This document shows positions 32,932-34,961 of a stretch of 34,961 nucleotides of DNA, one piece after another. The notes below the pieces were generated by a model. The model had not been told where the DNA came from, made no database searches, and saw only the letters and a program-made list of their open reading frames with translations. How positions within the stretch are numbered: position 1 is the stretch's first letter; each line of letters opens with the position of its first letter. A program made the translations under genes and the position numbers. Source of the stretch: an uncultured Phycisphaeraceae bacterium (lineage in GTDB: Bacteria; Planctomycetota; Phycisphaerae; Phycisphaerales; Phycisphaeraceae); assembly GCA_964544195.1 (NCBI GenBank), contig CAZJCN010000002.1, positions 1-34,961 on the forward strand, read 5' to 3'.

Positions 32932-34044
32932 ATGCGAATTACCAGATTGGAACCGATTATCCTCCATGCCCCCGTGACACGTGGCGGTATTGCCGATAGT
33001 ACCCACGCGATCACACATTGGGGAGCGCCAGGGGTGGCTATTTATACGGACACCGAGCATATCGGTTACGGCTTCTCGGGCACACACGCCCATCTGCCGA
33101 CAGACAGGTTGATTACTTCCTGCATCGTGGATGCATTCGGACCGCTGTTAATCGGCGAAGACCCATTGGAAGTTCGCGGATTATGGGAGAAGCTTTATCG
33201 CCAGAGCGAGATTTACTGGGTCGGTCGCGCGGGTATCACCCATCTTGCATTGGGGGCTTTGGATATAGCGCTGTGGGATTTAAAGTGCAAAGCTCTTGGG
33301 CTTCCGCTCTGGAAACTACTTGGTGGACAGGCGAACAAGCGGGTTGAAGCCTACAACACGGACGGCGGCTGGCTGAATTGGAGCAAGGAAGATCTTGTCA
33401 ACGACTGTAAACGCATGATCGAAGTTGAAGGTTATCGTGCGGTCAAGATCAAAGTAGGTGGGCCAAGCGGTGACGAGGATCTTCGCCGACTGGAAGCCGT
33501 GCGACACGCCTTGGGCCCGGAAGTACGCATCATGGCCGATGCCAACGGCCGGTGGTTACTCCCTGAAGCGATAAGGATCGGTTCACGACTGAACGAATTC
33601 GACGTCACTTGGATCGAAGAGCCGATCGCATTCGATGACGTGATGGGGCACCGGCGCCTGGCACAGTCGATTGCCACACCGATCGCAATGGGGGAGCAGC
33701 TTTACGATGCGTTCAAGTTCCGCGACTTCATTCAGGCAGAGGCTGTTCATTATGTACAACCGGACGTGGTCCGACTGGCCGGCGTTACCGAATGGTGGCA
33801 GGTGGCGGATCTGGCACACAGTTTCAATCTCCCGGTCGTGCCCCATGTTGGCGATATGGCGCAGGTTCATCAGCATCTGTGTATGGCACATCCCGCGTGT
33901 GGTTTGTTGGAATACATCCCATGGCTAAGCAAATGGATGAAACATCCTGCACGGGTGGTTGACGGCTATTTTGTTCCTCCGCAAGCCCCGGGCGCCGGTA
34001 TGGAGCCTACTTCGGAAGCTTTGAGCACGATAAATCAGATCTGA
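32932..34044 (+). CDS. Enolase-superfamily acid-sugar dehydratase or cycloisomerase (mandelate racemase subgroup)
   Basis: ORF 32920 (TTG)..34044. ATG 32932 (MRITRLEPI) is preferred. The motifs are KxK (VKIKVG), metal ligands D (MADANG), E (WIEEP) and E (MGEQL), and the D...H dyad (QPDVVR, VVPH). Confidence 0.9.
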   Translation: MRITRLEPIILHAPVTRGGIADSTHAITHWGAPGVAIYTDTEHIGYGFSGTHAHLPTDRLITSCIVDAFGPLLIGEDPLEVRGLWEKLYRQSEIYWVGRAGITHLALGALDIALWDLKCKALGLPLWKLLGGQANKRVEAYNTDGGWLNWSKEDLVNDCKRMIEVEGYRAVKIKVGGPSGDEDLRRLEAVRHALGPEVRIMADANGRWLLPEAIRIGSRLNEFDVTWIEEPIAFDDVMGHRRLAQSIATPIAMGEQLYDAFKFRDFIQAEAVHYVQPDVVRLAGVTEWWQVADLAHSFNLPVVPHVGDMAQVHQHLCMAHPACGLLEYIPWLSKWMKHPARVVDGYFVPPQAPGAGMEPTSEALSTINQI

Positions 34045-34071
34045 TTCCTTCATTGAAACAAGGGTGAGCCG

Positions 34072-34866
34072 ATGCGGCTGGAAGACAAGGTCATTGTGTT
34101 GACTGGCGGGGCAGATGGGATCGGGTGGGAATGTGCCAAGGCATATGCCCGGGAAGGTGCTCGGGTTGTTATCTGTGATCGAAACGGCGATCTGGCCGAG
34201 ACTCGTGCTCGAGAGCTGGGCGGCAAGCACGAGAAAGATCATCTTGCCATCCCGTGTGATGTATCCAAGGAATCGGATGTCAAACATGCCATTGAATATG
34301 TGATAAATAAACATCAGAGACTGGACGCCATCCATAACAATGCCGGGATCGGATCGCCCGCCAAGCCTCTTCATACCACGACTGAAGAAGAGTGGGACCT
34401 ACTGTTCAAGGTCAACATCAAGAGCGTATATTGGACCACCAGATACGGTCTTGAAGCTTTGATAAATGCCAAAGGCTGTATCCTCAACACCTCCAGCATG
34501 GTCGGGGTGATGGGACAATCTAATCACGCCGCCTATACCGCCACCAAGGGGGCTATGAACACCCTTACCAAATCGATGGCGTTGGACTATGCTGAACTTG
34601 GTGTCCGGGTCAACGCCATCTGTCCGGCCGGGGTATGGACTCCGATGCTTCGCGTATGGGTGGCGGAACAGCCCAATCCTAAAGCGATGGAGGATTACCT
34701 GAACAGTATCCATGCCTTGGGATATTGTCCGGAGGGCGACGTCATCGCCGACGCGGCGGTATTTCTGCTGTCATCTGATTCGAGGTTTATCACCGGCCAT
34801 ATCCTCCATGTTTCAGGCGGAGCCGAGTTGGGATATCGACGGCTCGATCCCAACCCGGCCTCGTAA
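34072..34866 (+). CDS. Classical short-chain dehydrogenase/reductase (SDR)
   Basis: 264-aa ORF. It has TGGADGIG (TGxxxGxG), NNAG and the catalytic YTATK (YxxxK). The sequence AAGGGTGAG lies upstream of the ATG. Confidence 0.9.
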   Translation: MRLEDKVIVLTGGADGIGWECAKAYAREGARVVICDRNGDLAETRARELGGKHEKDHLAIPCDVSKESDVKHAIEYVINKHQRLDAIHNNAGIGSPAKPLHTTTEEEWDLLFKVNIKSVYWTTRYGLEALINAKGCILNTSSMVGVMGQSNHAAYTATKGAMNTLTKSMALDYAELGVRVNAICPAGVWTPMLRVWVAEQPNPKAMEDYLNSIHALGYCPEGDVIADAAVFLLSSDSRFITGHILHVSGGAELGYRRLDPNPAS

Positions 34867-34961
34867 CAGCTCGTGTTAGACTTTCACACTACCTACAGAA
34901 TACGACTTACTTAGAGCGCCTAACAAAATGGCATGTCCGTTGCTTCTGGGAAGACCATCTT

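Overview
This is a gene-dense 34,961-bp chromosomal window with about 30 protein-coding genes. Reading by eye, I found no rRNA, tRNA, CRISPR array, transposase or integrase. The gene content suggests a Gram-negative, Planctomycetota-like genome. This is inference, based on two PEP-CTERM proteins (one with paired GDGFVG-xx-DLN-xx-LGNWN dockerin/EF-hand-like repeats), a Bat-like MoxR/DUF58/vWA operon, Kdo/LPS genes, and G+C in the low-to-mid 50s from hand-counted samples. Left to right the window holds: a ferredoxin 3' end, a 2-hydroxyacid dehydrogenase, an MscS-family channel, a small membrane protein, an HDOD protein, and a large PEP-CTERM surface protein whose signal peptide is cut off by a frameshift in an A7/T7 run. 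Then come clpP, a small coiled-coil protein, purM and a Fur-family regulator. A five-gene minus-strand operon follows: Q-rich membrane protein, double-vWA giant, MoxR AAA+, DUF58, BatA-like vWA. After it come kdsA, a GT4 glycosyltransferase, a Kdo/WaaP-type kinase, lepA, a NUDIX hydrolase, an M3 oligoendopeptidase, a second PEP-CTERM protein, an SDR-type epimerase and argG. The window ends with a sugar-acid catabolic cluster: beta-propeller glycosidase-like protein, Zn-ADH, enolase-superfamily dehydratase and SDR. The window is mostly core or housekeeping, and I see no clear novel defence or mobile system. Four items are most worth a second look. (1) The homopolymer frameshift at 6948-6954. 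(2) The functionally uncharacterised MoxR/DUF58/vWA/Q-rich operon, including its roughly 45% glutamine low-complexity domain. (3) A 12-bp perfect inverted repeat enclosing 69 bp in the clpP-downstream intergenic region. (4) The sugar-acid cluster at the right edge.
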